Part shown: positions 9,164 to 18,411 of the stretch, piece after piece
Position numbering within the stretch: position 1 is the first letter of the stretch
Layout of the letters: the number at the start of each line of letters is the position of its first letter
Assembly (NCBI GenBank): GCA_040769985.1
Contig: JAXGJZ010000004.1
Location: 105,023 to 169,022 of the forward strand
Direction of reading: 5' to 3'
Origin: Desulfobacterales bacterium
Lineage (GTDB): Bacteria > Desulfobacterota > Desulfobacteria > Desulfobacterales > JAHDSC01
DNA length: 64,000 bases
The notes under the pieces: model-generated
What the model was told of the DNA's origin: nothing
What the model saw: only the letters and a program-made list of their open reading frames with translations
Databases searched by the model: none
Program-made: the position numbers and the translations under genes

Positions 9164-10480
9164 CTATTCAGCGTTTTTGAGATCTTCTACTCCTTGAAGA
9201 ATAATATCAAACAGAATGCGTATGTCACTCTCTTCGAGGCATGAAAACGCGATCCTTATATTTTCTTTTCCAAGAGAAATAAGCCCGACTCCGTATTTTT
9301 CCAAAACATGCGCCCGAAGTTTTTCAGCATCCACGGATTTCAGCCGAATGCAAAGGAAGTAGCCGGAATTAAAAGGATAAACATCCCAGGCATCCTTATA
9401 CTTGGGATCCTGAAGGACCTGTCTCAGACGCATCGCCCGTTTTTTAAGGATTCCGAATTTTTCCTGTTTTTCGTTCGGATACTTTTCATCCTGCATGGAT
9501 CTCAGCACAATTGACTGCCCCAGATGGGAGGCGTTGGAAACGGATCCTCTTACGCATCCCGCCGTCTTTTTTTCAAGCGCTTCGTATACGGATGATGGGT
9601 CGCCTTCGGTGCTGCATCCATAGGTAATGAAACCAACCCGTAATCCCCAGGCAAAATTTTCCTTTGTGGCGCCGTCTACTTTTACGGCAAGTAACCTCGG
9701 ATGTCGATCACAAAGAAGAGCAAAAAGCGATTCCTGCAAGCTTTCCTTTTCGTAAAAAAGCCCGAAATAGGCATCATCGGTCAGAACAACAAGGTTTGTA
9801 CCGTTTTCCGCAAAGCCCGTCAAAATCTCGACGATGCGCTTTCCCTCGTTTTCCGCCACGGTATAGCCGGTGGGATTATGGGGAAAATTCAGCAGAACAA
9901 TAATCTTGTCATTTCTCTGAGCCTCTTTTTTTATCTGTTCCTCAAAAGCCGAGAGATTGAAACCTCGGTCTTTTGTAAACATCTTATATTGGCTGATCCG
10001 CGCACCCTTTCTGAGATTTAATATCATTTTATAATTTGCCCATATCATTTCCGGCAGGATAATCACATCGCCCGGATCAACCCAGAGATCTCCGAAAACA
10101 TCCACGGCGTGAGTAATTCCGCAGGTTACCACGGGCAGACTGATCGCCTTATTCTTCAGAGAAGGATTTTTCTGAAACATCGAATCCTGCCAAATTTTTC
10201 TTAATGCAGGCAGACCGAAAGACGAAGCATACGTAAGGGCTTCTTCCGGCCGAATACCCTCCATTTTTTCCATGACAGAGGGAAAGCACATAATTTCTCC
10301 CTGCTCCGTGGCAATTCCGATAGTCGCGTTTAAACGGTGTGCTCTTTTCGATGCCTCTGCACTTTGGATCAGGATGCCTTTCGGGAAAAAAAGATTTTTC
10401 CCGATATCAGACAGCATCTCTATAATATATGGATTTTCTTTTTTAATAATCTGGTTGAGTTGTTCTGCAATGGGATCCAT
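9164..10480 (-). CDS. PLP-dependent aminotransferase, class I/II
   Basis: It is 438 aa with NFPHNPTG (the aminotransferase N-P-T-G motif) and fold-type I features. Confidence 0.85.
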   Translation of the reverse strand: MDPIAEQLNQIIKKENPYIIEMLSDIGKNLFFPKGILIQSAEASKRAHRLNATIGIATEQGEIMCFPSVMEKMEGIRPEEALTYASSFGLPALRKIWQDSMFQKNPSLKNKAISLPVVTCGITHAVDVFGDLWVDPGDVIILPEMIWANYKMILNLRKGARISQYKMFTKDRGFNLSAFEEQIKKEAQRNDKIIVLLNFPHNPTGYTVAENEGKRIVEILTGFAENGTNLVVLTDDAYFGLFYEKESLQESLFALLCDRHPRLLAVKVDGATKENFAWGLRVGFITYGCSTEGDPSSVYEALEKKTAGCVRGSVSNASHLGQSIVLRSMQDEKYPNEKQEKFGILKKRAMRLRQVLQDPKYKDAWDVYPFNSGYFLCIRLKSVDAEKLRAHVLEKYGVGLISLGKENIRIAFSCLEESDIRILFDIILQGVEDLKNAE

Positions 10481-10627
10481 AAATCCGACTCCCCTAACTG
10501 ATAACTTTCTAAAATTTTTGAGCGATTGCGAATAACGGTGACTTTTACAGTTTTGACCGGAATCCTGTCAAGGGAAAAAATATGAAAAATCAAGAGGATG
10601 AGAAAGTTTTGTCGATGGGCGATAGAC

Positions 10628-10660
10628 AAAAACCCCGCACCGAAGTTGTGCGGGGTTTTT
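10628..10660 (-). terminator. bidirectional rho-independent terminator downstream of the PxxKW gene
   Basis: The sequence is AAAAA-CCCCGCAC-cgaagtt-GTGCGGGG-TTTTT, an 8-bp GC stem flanked by A and T tracts. Confidence 0.75.
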
Positions 10661-10682
10661 CACGGATGGATAGAGAGCCGCA

Positions 10683-10970
10683 TTACTTACTCCCTCTCTT
10701 GGAAGCCTTCAACGGATTGAGCTTCACAGTGGTTGAGGCAGAAGCTGAAGCCACATGAGATGCGAGGTTGCATTTTCCGTTTTTCCACTTTAACGAAGGA
10801 TCGGGAAAAGCCGCGCAATAGAAACCAGAAGAAACCTCCATAACGCGATTGCATCCCTTACACTGCTCTACAATCTCACGGCAGCTTCCGCCATTGTAGG
10901 AACATCCCTTTGAAGTCATAAAAGGACAATTCATACCTTTTTTAATCGTTGCGCATTCCAATTTAATCAC
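10683..10970 (-). CDS. PxxKW-family cysteine-rich small protein
   Basis: It is 95 aa with 8 Cys and the motif FPDPSLKWKNGKC. The family name is recalled from memory of the annotation. The start is ambiguous: GTG at 10970, or TTG at 10961 with AGGGGG upstream. Confidence 0.7.
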   Translation of the reverse strand: MIKLECATIKKGMNCPFMTSKGCSYNGGSCREIVEQCKGCNRVMEVSSGFYCAAFPDPSLKWKNGKCNLASHVASASASTTVKLNPLKASKRGSK

Positions 10971-11263
10971 CCCCTTTCGGTTTTACTAAATTCAAAGAAA
11001 GCCCGGTATTTTTATGCCCGAATAATAAAGCAAAAAAATATAATCTTCCAATTTTAGCTTGTCAAGTCAAATGTAGCGAAAATCAACCCTTTCTACGAAT
11101 ATTGCTCTGATTTGTATCCGCAAACGAATTCAAAAATCGGTGAAAAGTCTCCACTGCTGAAGATTCCCGTTGCAACGATCGGAGGGCATCGATCCATAAG
11201 GATGAAGATACAGATAAAAACTCCAGAGAATTTTTTGTAGATGCAAGGCGCCTGTTTTTCAGT

Positions 11264-11384
11264 GAAACTCCCCGCCTTAAAAGGCGGGGCTTCTTGAAAA
11301 GGGCAAGGATGGGGATTGCATCCCCCTTACTCCTGCACCGCATTCATCCCCGCCATAAATGACGGGGTATTCTGCGGGAGTTTC
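11264..11384 (+). repeat. cluster of three GC-rich hairpins (candidate structured RNA / REP-like element)
   Basis: The hairpins are at 11270-11289 (ccccgcc/ggcgggg), 11311-11325 and 11332-11378. They are enclosed by gaaact/agtttc. Two of them resemble the 45894 and 62281 repeat. Confidence 0.35.
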
Positions 11385-11561
11385 ATAAAAAGAGCGCTTG
11401 ATTTTTGATTTAAAAATTGCCAAGCTTGCCTATATAAAAGGGTATATTTTTGATTTCCTTCTCTGGAGTAATATACGATCCCGGACATATTCACGGATCG
11501 ACATAAATTTACAAAAACGATTTTGCAGGATCGAAAAACACGCACGGGAAACTACGGGTCT

Positions 11562-12536
11562 ATGATTATTAAACAGGCAATTGAGGTCCTCAAGATAGAA
11601 GCAGAAGGCATCCTTAATTTAATCGATCGTATCGACCACAATTTCACCCAAATGGTTGAACTTATCTATTCTACCAAAGGTCGGGTCATCGTGGGAGGTA
11701 TCGGAAAATCCGGCCTCGTGGGGCAGAAAATCGTGGCCACGCTTAACAGCACCGGGACAAGGTCTTTTTTTTTGCATCCTGTCGAGGCGATGCATGGAGA
11801 CTTGGGTATCGTATGCCCGGATGACATCTTTTTAGCCCTTTCAAACAGCGGTGAAACGGATGAACTGAACATCCTTCTACCCAACATTCGCAGAATCGGA
11901 TGCAAAATTATTACTTTTACCGGCAATAAAACTTCCACAATGGCCGGCCTGAGCGATCTCGTGATTGATACCGGGGTGGGGCGGGAAGCCTGCCCTTTAG
12001 GCCTTGCTCCCACTGCCAGCACCACAGCGCTTCTCGCTATGGGCGATGCTCTTGCCGTTGTGCTGATTCACAAAAAGAAATTCAAATCCAGCGATTTCAA
12101 AAGGTTTCACCCAGGCGGCGCCCTCGGGCAGCGGCTTTGCAAAAAAGTCAGCGATTTGATGTTAACCGGGAAATCCGTCCCTTATGTTTTTGCTGGGTCC
12201 ACAATGGAGGAGGCGCTCAGTAAAATCGATTGTCTTAAGTTGGGCGCAACGCTGGTTGTTAAAAAAGATCGTACCCTTGTCGGTATTATCACCGACGGAG
12301 ACATCCGGCGTTTAATTCTTAAAAAAACGCCTGTTTTTGAGTTGATGGCCGAAGATGCCATGACCAAAAATCCTCGAACCGTCGGTCCGAATACTGCGGC
12401 TTACGACGCGCTGAATATGATGGAAAAATACCAGATAACGATACTGCCGATAACCAGTCCATCCGGAAAAGTTCAAGGGATTTTACATCTGCATGATATA
12501 TTAGGCAAAGGCGGTTTTAAATTCAATGGAACCTAA
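11562..12536 (+). CDS. kdsD: KpsF/GutQ-family arabinose-5-phosphate isomerase (SIS + CBS pair)
   Basis: The SIS motifs GIGKSG and HPVEAMHGDLG are followed by two CBS domains. I prefer ATG 11562 to the track's TTG 11523. Confidence 0.9.
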   Translation: MIIKQAIEVLKIEAEGILNLIDRIDHNFTQMVELIYSTKGRVIVGGIGKSGLVGQKIVATLNSTGTRSFFLHPVEAMHGDLGIVCPDDIFLALSNSGETDELNILLPNIRRIGCKIITFTGNKTSTMAGLSDLVIDTGVGREACPLGLAPTASTTALLAMGDALAVVLIHKKKFKSSDFKRFHPGGALGQRLCKKVSDLMLTGKSVPYVFAGSTMEEALSKIDCLKLGATLVVKKDRTLVGIITDGDIRRLILKKTPVFELMAEDAMTKNPRTVGPNTAAYDALNMMEKYQITILPITSPSGKVQGILHLHDILGKGGFKFNGT

Positions 12537-13485
12537 ATATCCAGTACCTCCAAAAGGCCTTATCTGCCCCGTCATAACACCTTTGAAAGAGGATCATACA
12601 CTTGATTTACGCTCGTTTGAAAGCCTTCTGGGCCACATCGAGCGACATGTCGACGGGATACTCCTTGCGGATCCAATCTGGGGAGAAGGACATCTGCTTC
12701 CTGGAAATACCCGACATTATCTGGTTGAATCGGCTCTTGAAACGATACGGGGACGACGCGCCGTATTCATCAATATCACCGGGCAAAATCTTGAAAATAC
12801 GTTTACCTTCATGGCAGATGTGGAATCTTTTATAAACCGCATCGAGTATCCCGGAAATCTATTCTGGGTGGACTGCCCTCTTTTATATCACAGCAATAGA
12901 GGCCTTCCGCAAATGTATCGGGACCTCATGACACAGACACGCTTTCCCATGGTGATCGAAAACCTCCCTGCCTTGGTTCATGAGTGCAAACGCCAGGTAA
13001 AGCACAAAAACATACGGACCGCTGTCCTCAAAAAAATGGCACAACACCCCGCAATAAACGGCATTATATACACCGGAAATTTAAAGCGTTCATTCAACTA
13101 TCACGCTGCGGTTCGGTTTCGTAATGATTTTACTTTCTATGACGGGGATGAAATCGTATTTTTAAAAAACCCGGGCATGGGCGGTGTGGTTGCGGGCGGA
13201 AGCAATTTAACCCCTGTAAAATGGTATGAAATAACAAAATCTTCACTTCATCGTTCCAACATCGGAGGATACGATTCAAATCGTCAGTCAAGCCTTTGGG
13301 AAACCGGCATCATGCTGCATTCCCTTTATTCATTGTATAGCGGCGCACCGGCTTATTACATGAAAAGAATGCTCCGGGAAATCGGAATCATCGAACGCGA
13401 TCATACGATCTTACCGGGCAAACCGGAAAGCCCAAAATGGCTGGACAATTTGAAAACATTCTTGGAATCTTACCGTATCGTTTGA
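12526..13485 (+). CDS. dihydrodipicolinate synthase/N-acetylneuraminate lyase-fold protein, divergent
   Basis: The N-terminal pattern GLICPVITPLKED...DGILLADPIWGEG parallels DapA (IVTPM...GTTGE). The start overlaps the kdsD stop by 11 nt. Confidence 0.65.
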   Translation: MEPKYPVPPKGLICPVITPLKEDHTLDLRSFESLLGHIERHVDGILLADPIWGEGHLLPGNTRHYLVESALETIRGRRAVFINITGQNLENTFTFMADVESFINRIEYPGNLFWVDCPLLYHSNRGLPQMYRDLMTQTRFPMVIENLPALVHECKRQVKHKNIRTAVLKKMAQHPAINGIIYTGNLKRSFNYHAAVRFRNDFTFYDGDEIVFLKNPGMGGVVAGGSNLTPVKWYEITKSSLHRSNIGGYDSNRQSSLWETGIMLHSLYSLYSGAPAYYMKRMLREIGIIERDHTILPGKPESPKWLDNLKTFLESYRIV

Positions 13486-13495
13486 AAGGGATGCC

Positions 13496-14830
13496 ATGGA
13501 TTACAATAGGATTGAAACAAAAATACCGACTCTCGGAGAGTCCAAAATACCCTCTCCCCTTCAAAAATGGAGAAACGCAACTCCGATCAGCCGATTTGTA
13601 TCTGAAGATGACCGGATCACAATTGACGTCAATGTAAACAACCTGTGCAGAACGATCACGGCCGGCAAAACGATCACTTCATTTGAACTGGCCGGGCCCA
13701 GAAATAAAATCTACTTTGATCCGATCAAACTCCGATGCGCACTTGTCACATGCGGCGGGCTTTGCCCCGGCCTGAACGATATTATTCGGTCGATTGTTTT
13801 GGGACTATACTACGGGTATGGGGTACGGCATATTTACGGTATTCGTTACGGTCTTCAGGGATTTATTCCATCATACGGTCACGATGTGATGGAACTCAAA
13901 CCGGATTCCGTTGTCAATATCTCAAAAATGGGCGGTTCGATTCTCGGATCCTCGAGAGGCCCCCAGGCTATAGAAGAAATCGTCGACAGCCTCGAAAGAA
14001 TGAACATTGGCGTCCTTTTTATGATCGGTGGAGACGGAACGCTTATGGCGGCCAGCAAAATCGCGGATAACATCGCAGAAAGAGGATTGAAAATCAGTGT
14101 CGTTGGAATACCCAAAACCATTGATAACGATATCCACCTGGTATCCCAGTCTTTTGGTTTTGATACGGCTGTTGACGTAGCCACCCAGGCAATCAAAGGA
14201 GCGCATAATGAAGCGGAAGGGTATCCGAATGGAATCGGTCTTATCAAGCTGATGGGAAGACATTCCGGTTTCATTGCCGCTACGGCTTCACTCGCCCAAC
14301 AGGATGTAAATTTCGTACTGATACCGGAGGTCGATTTTGATCTCGAGGGTCCAAACGGCTTTCTGTCTGCCCTGGAAAAGCGTCTAAGCCTCAGACGGCA
14401 CGCGGTAATCGTTGCCGCCGAAGGAGCAGGACAGAAGTTTTTCAAAGATAACAAAAAAGAATTTGACGAATCAGGCAATGTCAGGCTGAAGGATATCGGA
14501 CTGTTTTTGAAAGAATCGATAACATCCTATTTCAAGACCAGAGAAATAGATATCGCTCTAAAATACATCGATCCCAGCTATATAATAAGAAGTTTGCCGG
14601 CAAATGCCAATGACCGGGTGTTTTGCAGCTTTTTAGGACGCGCGGCGGTTCATGCCGGACTTGCAGGAAAAACAAAACTCCTGATCGGTCGATGGAACAA
14701 TCAATTTGTGCATCTGCCAATCAGCGCGTCCGCCGGAAAACGAAAACAGGTTAACCCGACAGGCAACCTGTGGCTCAATGTGCTGGAAGCAACCGGTCAG
14801 GGTTCTTTACAAAACGAAGAATCTCTGTAA
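13496..14830 (+). CDS. pfkA: ATP-dependent 6-phosphofructokinase (long form)
   Basis: The motifs GGLCPGLNDIIR, MIGGDGT and PKTIDND are present. GGDG rather than GGDD argues for ATP rather than PPi as the phosphoryl donor. Confidence 0.9.
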   Translation: MDYNRIETKIPTLGESKIPSPLQKWRNATPISRFVSEDDRITIDVNVNNLCRTITAGKTITSFELAGPRNKIYFDPIKLRCALVTCGGLCPGLNDIIRSIVLGLYYGYGVRHIYGIRYGLQGFIPSYGHDVMELKPDSVVNISKMGGSILGSSRGPQAIEEIVDSLERMNIGVLFMIGGDGTLMAASKIADNIAERGLKISVVGIPKTIDNDIHLVSQSFGFDTAVDVATQAIKGAHNEAEGYPNGIGLIKLMGRHSGFIAATASLAQQDVNFVLIPEVDFDLEGPNGFLSALEKRLSLRRHAVIVAAEGAGQKFFKDNKKEFDESGNVRLKDIGLFLKESITSYFKTREIDIALKYIDPSYIIRSLPANANDRVFCSFLGRAAVHAGLAGKTKLLIGRWNNQFVHLPISASAGKRKQVNPTGNLWLNVLEATGQGSLQNEESL

Positions 14831-14909
14831 TTCATTGGGGACTAGACAAAACCGTTTCGCCAACCGCGGCTTTTTTGCAACATATCGATATTGTTTTTGA
14901 AAATCGTTT

Positions 14910-16874
14910 TCATTCGTAGCCCAGCTCCACAAATCGCCGGCCTTTAACGCGGAGAAGATAAAGCTTCTTTACCGCGTCTCTATTAACGCCGAATGAAGTG
15001 ATCCCTGTGACGCCCTGAAAAGAATGGAGTCGGGCGAGTTCATCCCGCAAAGCACTTCTGAAACAGATATCGGGGCATTCCAACTTTTGAAAGACAATCA
15101 TGGCTGTGTCATAGGCCACAGCTTCGATAAATCCAGGTTTTTCACGAAATACATCTTCAAAACCGCTGACAAAATTCCTGACTACATCCGAAGAACTTTC
15201 CGCAAAAAAGCCATCCGTCATCATGGCTCCCTGAAGATACTCCTTGGCCATTTTTATCAGCGTATCAGAGTGCCAGAGATTGGTACCAAAAAGATAGACG
15301 TTTCCGATATCGTGAAATGCCAACTGTGGAATAATAAGGCCGGCCTTCTTGGGCGCGTCTGGAATGATAACGGCGTCAAAATCAACAATCACATTGGAAT
15401 CTTCCTTCTCCCTGTTTCCGCCATGATGATCCAGATCATCCGGCCTTTCTACATCCGCTGATTGCTGGACCTGGTTTTTGAGATCTTCCGGCACTTCATA
15501 ATAACACCCCGCAAGCTTTTTGATCGGATCAGCAAAATCCGTTTGAGCCGGATTGTATGATTCCAAACCAACGACCTTGCCGCCAAAGGCGATGATTTCA
15601 TCCCAAAAAAGATTCATGAAAGTGGTACCATAATTTTCATCCGGGTAAAGAATGGCGAAACGTTTTACTCCGAGTTCCTCGATTGCATAGGATACGATCG
15701 TTCGGACCTGCATGATCGGGGTGAGGAAATTTCTGAAAACATTGTCACCGATATCGGTAATATTATCTTTTTGAGTCAGGGTAATGATGGGAATTCCTTT
15801 TGCCTGAGAAACCATGGCAGCAGCTTCTGCTGTAATAATCGGACCGAGAATAGCGGCGACATTCTCCTGATGCAGTTCTTCTACTGCCTGAACCGCCTTA
15901 TTTGAATCCGATTCAGTATCTTTTATGATTATTTTTAAGGGGCGATGAATATTCCGGGAATTATGCTGACTCAGCGCAAATTCAATCCCTCTTAACGCCC
16001 TCTCACCATAAACTTTATAAGGGCCGCTCAGTGGAAGCATACATCCGATTGCAGAAGGATCATACATGGTCTTTTTACTCAAATTTTCAATCAAACCCCT
16101 TGCCTTTTCGGCATATTCGTGTTCGGGAAACTTTGCGATAAACGACGAAAACAGCCGTAGCGCGTCGTCATATTTTCCCTCCCGGGCATTGTTGAGTCCC
16201 AGATGATACATCAGATACCCTTTTGGCTCGTTATCTTCGAGACGGGTTAAAAGCGATGTCATCTCCGCTGAATTCATCCGCTCAAGGGCTTCTTTTAATT
16301 TTATCAGGATGCTTTCTTGCTGCAGATGGTCCGCCTGATTATATGCCGCAGCATAAGAATAAAAAGCGTCGTCCGGGGAATCCAGTGCCACATAGGTATC
16401 CCCGAGAAGAATATTGGTTTTAAGAAGATAAAATTGAGGGATCCTTCCTGCTAGTATCCGATTCGCCTGATCAATAACTTCCCGGTATTTGCTCTCGTTG
16501 TACAGGATGACCATAATCTCTACTTCCGCATCGGGAATAAAGGAACTGTCCGGATATTCGTTAATCAGACGCTGATAGGCATTTCGAGCTTCCAGATTTT
16601 TCCCTCGTGCCGTGTATATTGCTCCGATTTTTAATAAAGCCGCAGCGGCGAGGGGCCTGTCAGGAAATCGGGAAAGATATCCCTCGTAACTCTCAAGCGC
16701 CTTGTCATACAATTTTTCCTCAAACAATTTTTCAGCCTCCGAAAACAAAATATCCCCCGTGTCTAGTTTCGGCGGAACCGGCAGAATCACCGGTTTCGGT
16801 GCACATGCCCAGAAAAACCAAAGAGAAATCGCAAGTAAAATATAAATATTTTTTTTAAGAGACCGAAACATCAT
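14910..16874 (-). CDS. probable lipoprotein with TPR repeats fused to a type-1 periplasmic-binding domain (LpoA/LppC-like)
   Basis: A signal peptide ends in FWAC, followed by TPR-like helices and a Leu/Ile/Val-binding-protein-like C-terminal half. Confidence 0.7.
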   Translation of the reverse strand: MMFRSLKKNIYILLAISLWFFWACAPKPVILPVPPKLDTGDILFSEAEKLFEEKLYDKALESYEGYLSRFPDRPLAAAALLKIGAIYTARGKNLEARNAYQRLINEYPDSSFIPDAEVEIMVILYNESKYREVIDQANRILAGRIPQFYLLKTNILLGDTYVALDSPDDAFYSYAAAYNQADHLQQESILIKLKEALERMNSAEMTSLLTRLEDNEPKGYLMYHLGLNNAREGKYDDALRLFSSFIAKFPEHEYAEKARGLIENLSKKTMYDPSAIGCMLPLSGPYKVYGERALRGIEFALSQHNSRNIHRPLKIIIKDTESDSNKAVQAVEELHQENVAAILGPIITAEAAAMVSQAKGIPIITLTQKDNITDIGDNVFRNFLTPIMQVRTIVSYAIEELGVKRFAILYPDENYGTTFMNLFWDEIIAFGGKVVGLESYNPAQTDFADPIKKLAGCYYEVPEDLKNQVQQSADVERPDDLDHHGGNREKEDSNVIVDFDAVIIPDAPKKAGLIIPQLAFHDIGNVYLFGTNLWHSDTLIKMAKEYLQGAMMTDGFFAESSSDVVRNFVSGFEDVFREKPGFIEAVAYDTAMIVFQKLECPDICFRSALRDELARLHSFQGVTGITSFGVNRDAVKKLYLLRVKGRRFVELGYE

Positions 16875-16934
16875 TTCAGATTCTTTCCTAAAAATTATGG
16901 GTTTCGTCTGAGGATTATTTTTTTAAGCCAAATT

Positions 16935-16950
16935 TGAATTGCGCAATTCA
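16935..16950. promoter_or_regulatory. perfect 16-bp palindrome TGAATTGCGCAATTCA
   Basis: I read it directly from the sequence. It lies 61 nt upstream of the start of the 14910-16874 lipoprotein gene. Confidence 0.3.
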
Positions 16951-17187
16951 TGCTTCAACTTTTTTTTATATTATTAAGCAAATATTGACGGAAATCAATT
17001 GCAATAATCATTCCAAAACTTGGCTCGGATATGCACCGCTTCCATCCGGAACAATCGTCCGATTAGAAACCCAAAGGACCCCCCATGGTTTTCTTGACGC
17101 AAACAAAAAAAGAAATGTAAGCATAAAAGATTTTATAGGAACCGACCAAAAAATAAAAACTCACCATAAACGGATGAATTTATTTCC

Positions 17188-17215
17188 TTGACACCTTACC
17201 ATATTTTTCTATATT
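17188..17215 (+). promoter_or_regulatory. sigma-70-like promoter TTGACA-16-TATATT
   Basis: The -35 box matches consensus and the -10 is good. It sits in a 935-bp AT-rich intergenic region and points toward 17452 and 17810. Confidence 0.4.
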
Positions 17216-17451
17216 TTTAACGCAGTTAGATTTTTTGCTTGTGACCGGTTTTAATTGATAAATTTTTTTCCTCCGAACAGATAAAATAATGTTTTTTGGC
17301 ATTGCGGTGAAAGCCTTTTCTTCATCACGAAAACATCGTATGCTTTTTTACAAAAAAACGCTTGGAGAATCAAGGTTCGTGAATTTAAAAGGCTGGACAT
17401 CCGAGAAAATAGTTTTTTGAGAAATCATCAAAGATCGACCACGTACAAATA

Positions 17452-17712
17452 ATGATCACCCCTTCAACAAATTACAGTTTGGTTCCGTATCTCGGCAAAA
17501 AACAGGATATTATCGTCCGCCCGCCTCGCATTGTCAGCAACTGCCGAGCAAACTGTCCGAATACTATTGAAACGGAGCACCTTTATAAACGGATCAACCG
17601 ATATGAACCTTTTATGGAAACGTTTTACCAAGGCGGCATGTATAACGAAAAAAGCCATGTTTCAATGCCGGAAACCAGTATGCTTGGTTTATTGATCAAC
17701 ATCTATGCTTAG
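17452..17712 (+). CDS. hypothetical protein (86 aa)
   Basis: Only the open reading frame supports this call. There is no SD and I recognise no family. Confidence 0.2.
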   Translation: MITPSTNYSLVPYLGKKQDIIVRPPRIVSNCRANCPNTIETEHLYKRINRYEPFMETFYQGGMYNEKSHVSMPETSMLGLLINIYA

Positions 17713-17809
17713 GTTCTTTTTCTCTGCAACATCAGAGTAGTATTTTTTTATCACACCCTTTTTTTAAGATATTTCTGAAAGGTCAACCGATATATTCTTA
17801 AATTCGAAC

Positions 17810-18058
17810 ATGAACCAAACGAATGAAAAGGAGTTTATCAAGGTTGCCGTTTTAGACAATACAATTGAGGCACAGCTCATTGATTCAATTTTGAACGAGC
17901 AGAATATCCCTCACCAGATTCGATCATACCACGACACTGCCTATAACGGGCTATTCCAGTTTCAAAAGGGATGGGGTGAATTATGCGCTCCTTTATCATA
18001 CAAACGAGAAGTATCTGAAATTCTTAGGCTTATCAGATCATCAATCAGAGATGACTGA
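17810..18058 (+). CDS. DUF2007-like small putative signal-transducing protein
   Basis: It is 82 aa. The pattern VAVLDNTIEAQLIDSILNEQNIP resembles the beta-alpha-beta N-terminus of the DUF2007 family. Confidence 0.5.
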   Translation: MNQTNEKEFIKVAVLDNTIEAQLIDSILNEQNIPHQIRSYHDTAYNGLFQFQKGWGELCAPLSYKREVSEILRLIRSSIRDD

Positions 18059-18411
18059 GAGAGACCAAACCTCGATTGAAAAATTGTTTGGGATGTCTCA
18101 ACATATAATTTCATACAAAAACGCATTCACCACAGCTAAATATAAAACGATCGAAAAGATCCATGGTTGCCGATCCGTTGAATGGCAAGTGAAATAATCT
18201 GGAAGGCTGCCGATGAGCTTTTCATTTAACAAACCATACCGTTTGAAACGAAAGCGAACAAACGACGGAAATCCATCTCTTGCAACGAATGAATTTCTGT
18301 ATTTATTTGCCAACCGCGCAAGCTGCCAGCGGGGTCCAAATTGGTCTCGATCTGCGGTTCACGGAAAAAACAAAACAGATACACCAATCCACCTTACAAG
18401 GAGGCTAAACA

